A stretch of 64,000 nucleotides of DNA from Phoronis australis. Taxonomy: Eukaryota; Animalia; Phoronida. Positions within the stretch are counted from its first letter, which is position 1. Each line of letters opens with the position of its first letter. Of this stretch, positions 40,071 to 53,318 are shown one piece after another. Both the position numbers and the translations under genes were made by a program. The notes beneath the pieces are model-generated. The model was not told the origin of the DNA. It did no database searches and worked only from the letters and a program-made list of their open reading frames with translations. The DNA lies in assembly GCA_002633005.1 (NCBI GenBank), contig NMRA01000346.1:258579-322578 (forward strand), written 5' to 3'.

Positions 40071-41456
40071 GCGCGCGCAACTTACTCTATAACTTGATGT
40101 TCTAACGTGCCAGGTGTCGTCTATAGGTTTATCAATTAATTGCCCGACGACATTTCAGGTGGGAAAGTAAGACATACAATTATTCATAAGATGCCAACAG
40201 GGACAAATAATCCGAATGAAAAATTTATTGATGCCGTCATGTCAAACGATAAACTACTTTCCGGTGAGCTGTGGCAGCAATGTGCGTAAAAGGTGACACG
40301 AGCAAATGACATTTGTTTCACTACGTAGTGTCAAAAATCTTAAAAAATTGACCTGCCAATGACCTTTAGACACCTGCGTTTGAAAGTCGTATCACCGTGT
40401 GTGCAAACGAATAATGGAGTGGGCACAGTGTTTAAAATCACTTCTATCATAAATTTCATTTAAACTATGTATCCTTATAAACACATGAATTCACAAATGA
40501 GTCCAACTGTCTAAGCGTTCTACAGCCGTTTCAATTAAGTTTTAAAAATTCACAAAAAATCTTAAACGTTAAAATTTCTCTCTAAGTGACACACGTTTTT
40601 TAAAATGACTGATAACGATTAACAAAATTATTCTGATAATGCACAACACAATTTCTCATAGCGTTGAATGTCGACAAACTTCGATGTATACATTAACTTA
40701 AACACTAAAACAAAAACGGAAATACATACAAGGATGCAAGAGTACGAAAATATATGAATACGCGATGTACATCGTACACTTACATAGTATCTCATGAAAC
40801 CCGTCATGTGTTCTAAATTGGGGAAAATAAAAACTCGTATGTTTTCGCGATGACTCCATAGTTACGATGTTTTTCTCCATAAGTTAGTTATTTCAAATAG
40901 CAAGCACCCCTCTGAGAAGTCCTAGAAGTTTTTATAGGTTCCCTTGGCAGAGAAACGCACAATACACGCACAATCGGACCTACATGGACACAACCGCTAT
41001 GTGCCACGAATAATCGCTACACGATTGAGTTTCAAGACATGCGTAATTGGAAAAATAACCACAGCAAAACGATCCTCAACTCATTAGCGTGTTTACATTT
41101 TCCAGTTCGGTTGAATTAAACAGACAATTTGTTTTTAAATACCTACTGTCAGGGACTAACGATGCACTTGAAAGATTTGTGTTAGCGTCTTGAATGTAGC
41201 CACCTCCTCAATCTCTGTCCAATTACTGCACACTCGAGATGGTTTGAACATTAAAATATCACCTTGCACGATCTAGCTACTGTTTGAAGCGCGTACCAGG
41301 GTCATTAACTTCGGTTCCAATTATTTTGTTTTAATTTGGAGAACCGATTAACAAACACATTGATTGTGTGTGGTTCTTGTTCACCTATTACTAAGAAAGG
41401 GATTAACAGCGAAAACGCCGATGATCAATTATATTATTCTAAACAAATCTTCTTAA

Positions 41457-42360
41457 AGGGACACAATCGCTTTTGGGGACGAAAAACTCGTTCTGGGATT
41501 ATGTGTAGGTAAACTAGATTTCCTTTAGCTGTTGGCTATGACCCGCAGAACTAAATAACTACACCTTTCACTGTGTATTTTTTATTAGAAGTCGCCGATT
41601 TCTGTTTTGGCTTCCAGTTAATAGCCATTTCCAAGACCTACACCTAGTCACTAAATGGCGATAGGGTATCTGGTGGACAGCGTTCTTATACGTTCTTGTA
41701 TGGGTGTAGTGCACAGGATATTCCCAACCTTTTCCATAAATTATTTGGCACCACCATGATGTCAAATTCCTGTTTTCCGGTGGGATCTGCAAAACGGATT
41801 TGGCTATTTAGGAAAACGAGTTTGCATAATTAGCCTGACATCTTTCAGCGAGGAAATCAATGGGTTGATAAGTCAAACACTGAAATCATCATAGGTATTC
41901 GAAAAACGTTTTAGATTTTCCATAAAAATCAACCAAAACTATGTTTGAATATCAAACTTATCTCGCACGGCAATGTAGCCCACAATCTAGATACATGTAG
42001 GTTATTACTCCAATGGAGTTTCAGTTCTTCGCCTCTTTTTTAGCGTACACTCGGGACATTAGCCATTGCTTGTTTACGCCGGCTTTGACTAGCGCAACAC
42101 AACGCCCAAGCCGATTAAGTCGCAACTCGAATAGACCAAGTGAAACCAATGCGCTGACGGGCTGTCTAGAGTCAATATCAAATGAAGTTTAACTTCTCCA
42201 AAGTGTTTTATATTCTTTCTACGCAGCGAGGAACATAAATTCATAAAACACATCAATTTTGTGACATAGCTCCGGCCAATGTTAAAAAGTGGTAAAAATT
42301 TATTTCACTCAAAAACATCCACCAAAACGTTTTTGGCCCTATAAAGTCGACTGTGTTCCT
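41457..42360. mobile_element. Kolobok-like non-autonomous DNA transposon (904 bp)
   Basis: TTAA|AGGGACACAATCG ... CGACTGTGTTCCT|TTAA: TTAA TSD, purine-purine termini, 13-bp TIR with 2 mismatches. Confidence 0.8.
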
Positions 42361-43544
42361 TTAAAGTGCAAATCAATCGAAACTGGCATAAGCTTTCTTG
42401 TTTAGCATCAAGTACTTCGATAAACATTTTGATCACGTAAACGTTTACCCAATGAGCATAACTAATGGAATTAAATAGAATATAAGTGAAAGTACAGGGA
42501 TCACTAAGTATGCACGTTTACAATGTTACAGGAGATACTATAGCCGATATGGATACTTCACCGCCTTCAAATACTGATAGCATAAATATTGCAAATAACT
42601 GTTACGGCTTTATACTATTTTGAAGATGGTTTTGCTTCTGCAGAGCACATTTAACGCAGCTGAAGGGATGTGTAATTTTAGTAGAAGTTTATCCTATAGA
42701 GGTCTTTGCTCTCACCGTAAGTGCCATACATCGGATTTCTGTGCATCTTAATTTTGGGTTACGCAGCTTTGAGATACGCGACGCAAAAAATAGGTCAATA
42801 TTTTATGAAGAATGCAGTTCGACCCAAAAATATAACTGGGCCGTGACACTAAGTGAATTTGGCATGCATTTTGCCAGTTAATTTACATGTACAAATGGTC
42901 ACTTTCAGTAATGAAATGCCACACGGTTTCTTACGTTTTCAGCGCTTCCAAATGTCAGGCATGTTTTGATTTGCAACAGAAAACAGAACATGGTGTTCCG
43001 ATTGTACATCCGTGTATCTGTCAGTTTTGCAAGACGCAGCAAACACGTGTACACGTACAGACGTACGCTGCTGGTTAGGGATTGATGTTTATTGACCATC
43101 TCAAGAGATCGGGCACGAGTACAGTATACATGATTGTCTTTTAAGTTTTACTCCAGATATTTCAAATGTTTGTCGTTTCAGCGAACAAGGCTCAAAATAA
43201 GCAACCTTTTGAAATTCTATGATCAAGGCGAAACCTTCTTTGAACATGAAATAGTTCTGGGCATTACTGCGGTGACCGACGTACCTAAGTCACGCAATAG
43301 TATTAAAGTACATGTACATTCACATGCAACTGCCTGGATATTGCTGATGTAACGTTGTACAACTATGTAAAAACCACAGATTATCTTTAGAAGTGCGTTT
43401 CAAATACACGCAGACTAATGGAGGTAACGCAACCTCATGATAATCCGTTCTTTCTAAAGATAGTTGATGAAAGTCAGTAACCCCTCTTTAAGAGCCTCAC
43501 TCACGAGCCTCACTCTGTCACAAAGGTAATCACATTTCTAAAAT

Positions 43545-43780
43545 TCATTGGTCTGTTTACACCGGGATCTAGCCCATTTTCATAGGTACGACGTTTTGGT
43601 TGCTCATTTTTTCCGGCCATCTTCAGGTGTCAAGGCGCTCTTAGAAGAACAAGCGCTGGTGCGTGGAACACTCATGGTGATCAATAATGCTAACTCTTTC
43701 GTTTTGTTAGTGAAAGGTGGGATTGAACTAGGGACCTTTAGATTGTCCGTCCAGCGCTATAACCACTACACCACAGAGTC
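43545..43780 (-). mobile_element. tRNA-headed retroelement relic with a downstream decayed hammerhead-like motif
   Basis: Minus strand GACTCTGTGGTGTAGTGGTTATAGCG (A box) ... CTAGTTCAATCCCA (B box) at 43780-43712. CTGAAGATGGCC...AACCAAAACGTC at 43626-43590. Confidence 0.6.
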
Positions 43781-43999
43781 ATTTTCAAAAAACGTTATAA
43801 CAACTGAAGATTAGCGGAGATTTGACCGACCGAAATGTAGTGCCAACGTAAATAAGCTTGAAGTTGGTGCAAAAATACCAAAAGATTTTTCAAATGATGT
43901 TACCACATCACCACCTCTAAGTGGTCTTAGGATAATAATACACTGGGCCCCTATTTCAGCGAAAATGTATAGGGACTTAGTCCTTAAATAATGGGTATC

Positions 44000-46972
44000 G
44001 TGCATATCCAAATTGTCGCACCGTCTCAAATTGTCACAGCTTCAAAACTGTGACAGTTTGGGTCAGCGCTGCTGGCCCAAATTGTCACAATTTGTCCAAA
44101 TTGTCACAATTTGCCCAAATTGTCACAGCAATTTTGCATGTGTCAATTTGCATCTGTAATGGTTTACAGGTGTACGTGGGGCAGTCGCCAGATCCAATCG
44201 TGTGTATGCATACGGTGTAGACCGTTAAACCCGTAGCATTTCTGTATATGCCTGGAGTGGAGACTCACTCTAAACATTGGCGACACCCATACCACACAAC
44301 TCAAAAAACTTATCAGGCACACATAGTTTTAAACACGGAACCAAACCTCAACCACAGACAGTCATCCTCACCACGGACAATTTCCCATGTAAATGACCGA
44401 AGTGCAGGACCGAGATTCTACAGAGTTACATCCTCTGGCGATCAGTGAACACTACCTTATTCGTCCGTGGTACGAGTGCCGGTTTGCCTGTGGTTTGACT
44501 CTGGATTTTGAGGTATGAGTGTTTCGTGCGTGGTTAGATTTTTTGGATTGTGTGGCATGAGCGTGTGACCGTGATAAGAATTTAATTCCATCCCTGGATA
44601 GCTACATACTGCCGTAAACAACTTGAGTTCTCAAGTATAATCCTGACTTAGTTTAACATTCGAATAAGTACATGAAACAAAAAAACGTCTGGAGCAACAT
44701 GACAAGCTTAGTACAAGCAGCGCGCTGCACAGACCGGCTAACTCTCAGCGATATTTTCCGGCAATCAACTCTTGCATTTGCTGTGGGCTAATTGCGGTAT
44801 ACAAGGGAAACGAGACCGAAAGCCAGTGAAAAAAATATTGCAAGAATGCACACATAAACGTGGAAAACGAAATTTTTGTTTAAATTGCCAGTATTTAATA
44901 CCTTGTTATGCATCTGTGATTGTGATAGGTTGTTGGTGGTTTAATTATGTTTCTTGTCGTGCTTATGTTGTCTCTTGAACATTTGCAAGCGGGTAGAAAA
45001 AGCCCGCAATTTTGAGGTATATGAAAGTAAATAGTATATACAGAAAAATCCATACTTTACATGCACCATGGTGACGTGCAAAATTGTCTTACACCGTTGC
45101 AAGCATGAGTGATATCGCCAATGACTTGTTGATAATTTTTATTCGAACAAAAACTGATGAAACATTGAGTGGAAATTTTGGGCTGTAGGGTGTACCTTTC
45201 GGCTAAACTGAAATGCCGCATAGAACAGTGTCACCCTTTCGCTGGTGCCGTCGTTTTAGACCTAATCTCCACCCGTTATCGCCAGCGGCTGAAAACCTAT
45301 CCTAAGAACACCCACGTTACACATTTGTATTCTCAAAATGAAAGCCTGTCACGGATTTATGATCTGCGATTTTAGGTCATACCCCTCAGGAAAGTTTAAT
45401 TTGGGCGAACAGCAAAATCGCGCATCATATTTTCATACATAAAAGAACAAGTTTGGGTTTAGTTGTACTACTTTTCTTTCAGATGGATATTCTTGTCAGC
45501 TCAAACAAAGAGTTTGCCCGCTCCAAGACACCATTTTTGACTTAAATCTAAGATTTGTCTTGACCTCCAAACTTTGTCACTTCAACATCCGATCATTTTT
45601 TTGAACGGACTTAGACACTAAATACGACAACCGTAGCGAAAACCGCTGGCACGATGCCAAAAACGCTAGCAATAAAAACTCAAAAATCAGCATAAGCTCA
45701 AGACATAAAATTGGCAATCTGTAAAATTTGAAATTCCTGCCTCTATTGGAAAAAGCATTAGCAAAAGTTTTGGACCTGTTTTGGGATAATCATTATGTAT
45801 ATGTGTTTTTGTTTTTTAATGGAATGGTCGCAAAGGGTAAAAGGATAATCTGAAGTTACCAAATTCCTGATATAAGCCAGTGGGCTCATAGGTGAACTAG
45901 TGCATATTGTGGGACCGTCTTAAAGTGGAACGAATACCAGGTTGCTTCGGGTATAAGACCAGTCTCAATTTTTCTTTTTTTGCTATGTATTTATTGCGTA
46001 CGACATTAATAGTTTGATGGATTTTACGGTGAAACTTTCAATTGTGCAAGGAGTTTTTTAGCCATACTGCCTCACGAATTATAATGAACTATCATTTTTA
46101 GTTGCACTCCTACCGAACATTTCCTTAACTGTGCCTTTGACGATTTCTACGACATCCTGGAATATGACAAGCAGCCACAGGCCAAACATGGGCCGTGGGC
46201 GATATCTCGGAAACAAAATGAATGACCGCGCGAAGCTTCCATGGATTCCTGAAATGTTTCAAATGTTTGACATGGTACAGCTTTTACCAGGGTATGCGTT
46301 GTCACAACCACCTAAAAATTGGACACTTCATTACACCAGAACAACCAAACTTCCGTGCCGCGCACAGATCTAGGAAGATATTTCCCATCTTACGTCAGCG
46401 CATTCTATGCTCCTGCCCAAACTTTTTCCCTCACACGTATGTAGTTCTTCACTTGCCTTGCCACCGAGCATCATTCCCAGCTAGGCGTGAAGCGAGTCGG
46501 AACCGTGGTGTGTACTGTACGTCCATAGCACAGAAATAACGTCCCTGAGAGGAATTTTGCACGCGGATAGAGAAGTCTGGGTACCGTGCACCTATGGATC
46601 ACAGGTCGAGAACGTGTGTAGACCATAAAGTTTGCAAGATTTTTCTACTCAAATATCCCGCATACAGCCCCATGCGCATGTCCAAAATTGGGCACATACG
46701 CTCAGTTGCGGGGTTTTACGGTAAAAAAGACGTTTTTACGAATGCTGTCTCAATCATGAATATTATCTGGGATCTTAAATGAACTATCAATTGATAATGT
46801 TAATCTCATATTCGTGTACTTCTCGAATTGTCAACTGTTCTTATTATTGAGCTCAAATTCGAGTATTTTCATATTGTGCGACATCTTTTTGGTGAAACTT
46901 TCCATCACCGCAGCTCGACACATTTTAAATTATTGTTACAGTTTGGGACGGTGTGACAAATTGGGCTTGCAC
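44000..46972. mobile_element. ~3-kb TIR-bounded non-autonomous element with nested content
   Basis: 39-bp TIRs with 8 mismatches (GTGCATATCCAAATTGTCGCACCGTCTCAAATTGTCACA versus reverse complement of 46934-46972). Subterminal CAAATTGTCACA repeats at 44010-44130. Confidence 0.6.
44225..44620. repeat. Diverged foldback nested in the 3-kb element
   Basis: Mirror pairs ACCACGGACAA/TTCGTCCGTGGT, AACCACAGACA/TGCCTGTGGTT and ATACCACACAACTCAAAAAA/TTTTTTGGATTGTGTGGCAT around a centre near 44420. Confidence 0.65.
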
Positions 46973-49900
46973 AGGGCATCACATGAAAATGTTCATACAT
47001 GCTTTCATTTAAACTGAGAATTCAACGACAGTGTTTGCACAAATCCACGAATGCGGTAAAAAGTTTACGAACACGGTTAAGTCAATATTTGGAACTGTTC
47101 AATGCTACGAGCCACTTGTGATTATAGATTATAAATGACTCCGTCTTTTGTTAACAATTTTAATGCTTTCGTAAACTGGTGCTTGTTTAGTTGATGTGGG
47201 AAAGCACAGTTTCGTCCGATAAGAGTGCAAGAAATGGCACTAAAGTTAGTTTCTCGATTATTTACGCTACATGTTGTCAAGCACAATTAGATCAGTAGTT
47301 TCATAACAAAGTTCTTTATTTCCTACGTTTCTTATAAGTTTACGCACCAAAAGTAATTGCCAACATACATGTATCCACTCATGAGTTCAGAGGTCACAAT
47401 CTTAAAACTGTTTCGTTCTTAACTGGATGTGTCTGAAGGTCTTCTTAACATAAAAACAGTTTTAATGTTAAGTTAAAACTTAGTTTATACCATATTTCAT
47501 TAAAAATTCGCATTGGTAACATTCGATTTAGAAAGTACACTAATTATATGACGATTACTAAGCAAAAATCTCACACAAGAACACCTTTGAATGCTTGTTT
47601 TCATAATGCGAGGAAAGTTTTAGATTTCGATAAACAGGTAAGGATTACATACAAGTGAAACTTGCCTGGCGATCAATACACACCTTGAAAACCATAAGGC
47701 ACAGGTTAGATGCGCAGTCATACAAAGACGCAACGCGTGTGGCCATAAATTAATTTAATTCTGTTAAAGGTGGGACAAAAAGACTACGTCAATGAGTTCA
47801 AAATTAGCTTGCATTACCTCCTATGTATCATTTTAAAAGGGTACGAACACAAAAATCCGTGTTCCGTAAAATAATCCCAACTTCATTAGATAGCCTACTT
47901 TCAATTTCCGAATGGAATGTTATTTGCAAGCTGAATATCAGTGGACGCGTTTTGTGGAATTGAAATGCATAAATTGTTCGGAAACGAAAAACTAAAATAC
48001 AGTGCCATAGGTTTACGTAAAGGTATTGTTTAGCAGCGCCACCTTTATACGCACACTGTACGCAAATAGTTGGATTATCTTCAATCGGTCTTCACGGAGA
48101 CAAAAATGCGATGGCCATTTTTTCATAAACTTCTATGTATTTATTGGCCTTATTATTTACGACGAGTACGCGTTATTCCCTAATCGAGTAATCCAAGATA
48201 TCTTTTCATTTCATTTAATCATCCATTTAATTTTAACACCAATAGTATAAGTTCTTCAAATGAATTTGATTATTCCTACTGAATGAGAGTGGTCAAGCAT
48301 ACTGAGTAGAAATTAATTAAGTTCAAATTAGTTCTGGCGTTCAACAAAATTCTACGATATTCGGACTTCAAAAGGAATTTTTCTGAAGCGGATCTCAGGA
48401 TTGCCATTCCATCAAGCTGATACCCTGAAACTGGATCACTACAGAAATCAATACAGAAAAAGAGCAAAACCTACCTGTACTACTGGCGTGCAGACTAAAG
48501 TATGTCCTTTAACTTGAACTGCCTTTAACAAGGTAAGCAGTTGGGAGCACAATCTACTTCCACAATGTCAAAAAGCACCAGTAACTGATTTAGCTGATCT
48601 AGCAGACGACTTGGTGAGGTCTTAGTTGACAGCGGAGCCGCGTAGTGAAATCGAGGCATTCTCTGGCTCTTGCTTTTGGAATTTGCCGACAATCAAAAAC
48701 ATACCTGAGAATTAATCTACCTTGCTGGCGACTGTTATGTCGGTTACCAGAGCCTGTGATGGATCTTCGCTGGTTCACCGACAGCCTATCAGTCAACTGG
48801 ACGACCAAAGCCCGCCTACATGGCGGCTGACGACATTTCTAAGGTGGAATATTGGTATGGGAAGGCAACGGTCCAATTACTAATTGGGTGCCCAAAGTAG
48901 TTTGTTAAGGACGTTTATCTATTCGTGTTGCCTGAATACATCAATGTAATGATATCCCGATAGATTTGCTGAACACAATGTATCGAGAATGAACACAGAT
49001 AAAGCTAATAGCACTCTTCTAGACTTGTCTTCAGAAACAAAATGCTTTGAGAAAACACCATTAACTGTACCCATTAACGTGTACAAGAAATTTTTTACCC
49101 GATTACGCTTGCACGCGGACTGTTTACACAAAATCAATTCATTTCTTATTCGCAGGTGCTGTGACTGCGAGGCCTAAAATAATAGAAATTTAATTAATTG
49201 GGCAAAAACACAGTTATGACAGGATGTTGTTTCTTCGCTAATTTAAAAGCGATCTGGTACTTTTCACTATAGATGGTTGCCAGTCTTGACATTAGTTGTG
49301 CGAGTTGCGTAGTTGTTGGGACGTTTATCGTATACTTTATGTTTATACTAGGCTGATATATATTATTCATAAATATAAATATAATACCGCCTGAGGCTGG
49401 TTCGCATTAGATATATATTATTAATACACAGAGAGTCTGTGGCGTCACATCCTGATCGAATTTTCCCCAAAAAGCTAGCTTTCCAAAAAGGAAATTTGGG
49501 ACGCCATTTTCCAAGAAACTTGTGTGGTCCACAATGTTCTTACAAATCTGAAATTTTATCCCTTAAGACAAAAGCTAATCGATGTTAAATTATTGATCAA
49601 GTACCACACAGGGAAAATGTGCCCAAACTGCGCTTCCATGATCCCGATGATGCAAGACTCGGAGAGCCGACCGAAGCGTTAAAGATACTCATAATTATTC
49701 TACTGTCAAAAGCTTCATTTCTGGTTAAGAACTCCTCAGATACCTGTGTCACCCGCCTCTCTTCATGAAATCAAACTGCAGTTGGTTTACATTTATTAAG
49801 ATTTTAGAAACTTTCTTCATGCTGCAATGCAAATCTATCTCGAGAAGCAGTGTTCATGTTTATTCGCGTTTACGAGTAGGCAAGCTCGGCAAAATTCAAA

Positions 49901-52399
49901 TCATAACGTGTACGTAACTATCAAACAATAAAGCGTTCTGGGTTGCGCTCCAAACGGCAAGTTTCTTGCGATAGAGAGAGCGATATCATGCCGTCAATTT
50001 GATGCGAAGCACGTAGTCACGCCAACTCTATACACTGGTAGGCCTATCTTTCGTCTACGGAACCGTTCATGACGTCACGTTTTCTGATGCATCTAGTGTT
50101 TGTTCGCTCATTACGGACGGTGCTAGGTAACCGTGTTGTTTTCGCACCAGCTTAACAAGAAATGTCCTTCTATAGTTCCACAGGGATCACGCATGTTTCA
50201 AATTTCCCGATGAAAATAACAACGACGCCCCGCTGCGTGCTGGTGGATGAAGCACTCACACTGCGAGGTAGTTATAAGCAGTTCACGACGTGAGAGGTCT
50301 GTGCCATTAAGCTTCCGTAGCACTTGCTACGAGTGTAACTATCCCCGATCATTAGGTGTATCAGCTAATTGGCGCGACGGATCATTGGTTGTAGACGTTC
50401 AAAAGACCCGCCTGAACTGCTCGAATCTTATAAAGAAATTACTATCATTGCAAATGTATTAATACACAAAGGACTATTTTCGCGCAACACTGGCTGCCCG
50501 ACATGACACGCCTCTGTAGGTACGTTTCATGAATAGTGTATTAATAGCTTATTCGACATTTTCTTTCTGGCTTTCACTTCCGCTCTTACTTAAGGCGGCA
50601 TGCTCAGTGTTTTAGGATCGAAGATGCACCTTGGGGATTATTGTTGGGTGGGATTGATTTGAAATGTATTAGCTTTGGCCAGAGATAACACCCAATTCCA
50701 CCTATTTAGTCATTCGCTGAAACCAATGCCGTTGACTTCACCGTTTAAATACCCTTAAAGTTCTCGCCATTAAAGGGGCGTTATCGTTTTTTGCGCCAAA
50801 ACTCATAACTGCCAAATAACTCTGTCAAGGATTTGGTAATAGTTTAACGGTGTCTCACAACGATCTGTGGAAGTTTACGTGGTTTATTATGAAAATTCCC
50901 CGTGTATGCTGTCGTTTAGCATAAATTTATTGGATTAAAAGTGGTTATAGGAAACGTCAATACCCAGTGTTTTTATGCTGTTTATAAAAACACGTGATCT
51001 ACTGCCGTGTTACCCATAATACCAAGATAAGATCAAAGGTTACACTTTGCATCACATGATCTGGCATTACAAGCCGATCAGAATCTTCGAACCTGTCGTG
51101 TTTGCCGCAACGATCATGAAAAAATATATTTCAAATTTCCCTTGCTGTTGGCGGACAGTCCGAGGTTTCTTTGGGAATTTTAAAATGCTAATGCATCTGG
51201 GGTTCCGTGAATAAATTAGGGTAGGGTAATAAGCAGCAACTTTCGCAAGAAATATGCATCATAAAAACGAAAGTCATTCATTGATAATACAGGCTATATT
51301 TAACCCACAAAGGACCAACCACAATGGATAGTTCAGACATGTAAATCAAGCTACGTATATTATTTCAGCCAACAGGAGGGCGGGAAATTGGCCACAAACA
51401 TGCTTTGCAAACGAAAGCAGAACGAACGTTTTTAGATGGGGTTGCGACATTTGCTGTGTAGATCAACGAATTACGGAAAACGAAAAAAGGTGAAGTACTT
51501 GCGAGATGTAAAAGCACATACATCAGGATCAGCTGAACTTTTAATTAACTTCTGATAGATAAATCGAAATTCTGATGTCATATTTACATGTACCAGTTTA
51601 AAGTCGTAAAGCATTCGGGATTTTGCCTCGCGTCAAGAATCTATTATAACTAAAGTTTGATGGGCAAATTGAAAACGAGGTCATTTGGTATGTTATGCCT
51701 CCCGCTAGTTTTGCTAATTTCTCCGATGCTCCCCACCAACAATGCATTCAAGAGTAAAGGGACCAGGTGGGAAACCTAGCGTGCGTTCCGTTGTGAAAAA
51801 AGCAAGAACTTGTAAGGTTTCGCGAGATATCATCCCTTATCGCAATGGCAACAGGTGACGATGAGATCCTTGCGTCTACGAGATTCCACTCAGTTCTTTA
51901 GGGGTAACGTACATGTATTTGCCGAAATTCTGAAAAGGTAGTGTCTTTGACTACGGAAATTGGGTGATCGGGTGCTTTTTGCTTTTAAGTAAGCACATGG
52001 CATTACTAATAGCGAGCTGCTCAAATCAAAGTATTTAAGTTGACATGGCATTATTTCTTTTCCGAAACACGCAGCAAAATCGAAAGTAACGACGTCACGT
52101 TTTATGATTGGCTCTGCACACTTGTACCTACATGTAGTATCGCCTGTCAATAGCGTCGGATAACAGTATTCAGTCGCACGGTGCACGGGGTCTAGTCCAT
52201 GTACTCACAAGTGAATCTATTAACCTTGCCCATTGCTATCCTACAGTCATGGTGGCCCACGTTTGCTGTTTTCATGCTGAATTTCAATAATAATTGTTTG
52301 GTTGATTTTAGTTTTCTTATTTTCCGTTCACTTTTTAAAAGAATTCTGAATTCTTCTTTGTGATACTGTACATGTAATCGCGTACTTGATTATGGTTTA

Positions 52400-52815
52400 T
52401 GTTGATCAGAGTCTACTCCGAGTTTGCACTTGACGTCCCAAGCTTTAAGCTACACGTTTTTAGTCAAAACCTCAATTTCTTCCTCGTGTTTTTAATTCCA
52501 ATCTAGCCGGTCATCAAGTGCGAACTTCGACTTATCTGCTTAACCCATATAGCACATTCTAAAAAGGCAATTATCTTGAGGTACATGTATTAAAGAGGAT
52601 TCACAAAATGTCAAAACGGTTTTCGTACTCGATTTCTAGCTTGGAGAGTAGAGCGCGCACCCTGCATACAATTTTAACTCATGTTTGTAACTAGAAACTA
52701 GGGATCACCAAGCTCGACTTTAGATTGGAAACGCACTCGAGCACAACGTAACATACACTTTTCTTGAGTTCGTACAGCAATAGAACGGAGAGTGTCAAAA
52801 ATAGTTTCGATTCAA
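52400..52815. mobile_element. Older relative of family D MITE (termini not resolved)
   Basis: CCGAGTTTGCACTTGA and CTTGAGTTCGTACAGCAATAGAACGGAGAGTGTCAAAAATAGTTTCGA resemble segments of the 11188 and 13803 copies. Confidence 0.55.
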
Positions 52816-52898
52816 CTGCAAAGGTCGATGCAGAAGCAATCACATGTGTTTTTACAGTACGTGCAGTGTTTAGAACAATGGACCATGGAGGTCGCCAG

Positions 52899-53318
52899 TG
52901 GCCGGTTGCATGAAACAGTCCCAAATAGGGACTCGACTAAGTTCCCTAAATCTACAGCGTATTTGTGGGCTTTTAAACACACTCAGTGTTTTCTTAAGCT
53001 GTTTGAATCTCATTACTTAGTCAGTTTTGGTCTTTAATACAATATCGAAAGTAAACTCTACGTTCAACATTATTGAAAAAAGTAGTGATCTTTTCATGCA
53101 ACGCCCCTAATTTAAGGACTGAGTCCCTAATTTTTCTAATAGAATTAGGGGCTCAGTTTTAAGTTATATAATTAGAAAATGTCATTTGTCGTATAAGAGC
53201 TCATAATAAAGGTAACATGATAAAAAATACTACACCTGTCAGTATAGAGCGAAACAAATACGCAGATTTAGAGAACCTAGTTGAGTCCCTATTTGGGACT
53301 GTTTCATGCAACCGGGCA
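52899..53318 (+). mobile_element. PIF/Harbinger-like MITE, family C copy 1
   Basis: ~40-bp TIRs (TGGCCGGTTGCATGAAACAGTCCCAAATAGGGACTC / GAGTCCCTATTTGGGACTGTTTCATGCAACCGGGCA). TSD CAG/CAG. Confidence 0.92.

Noticed and set aside
43709-43780. Functional tRNA gene (also considered for 9482-9554)
   Set aside because: Acceptor and anticodon stems do not pair properly; better explained as SINE-type heads.
48601-48645. EVLVDSGAA resembling a retropepsin active site
   Set aside because: Immediately followed by stops, with no gag, RT or integrase remnants nearby; likely chance.
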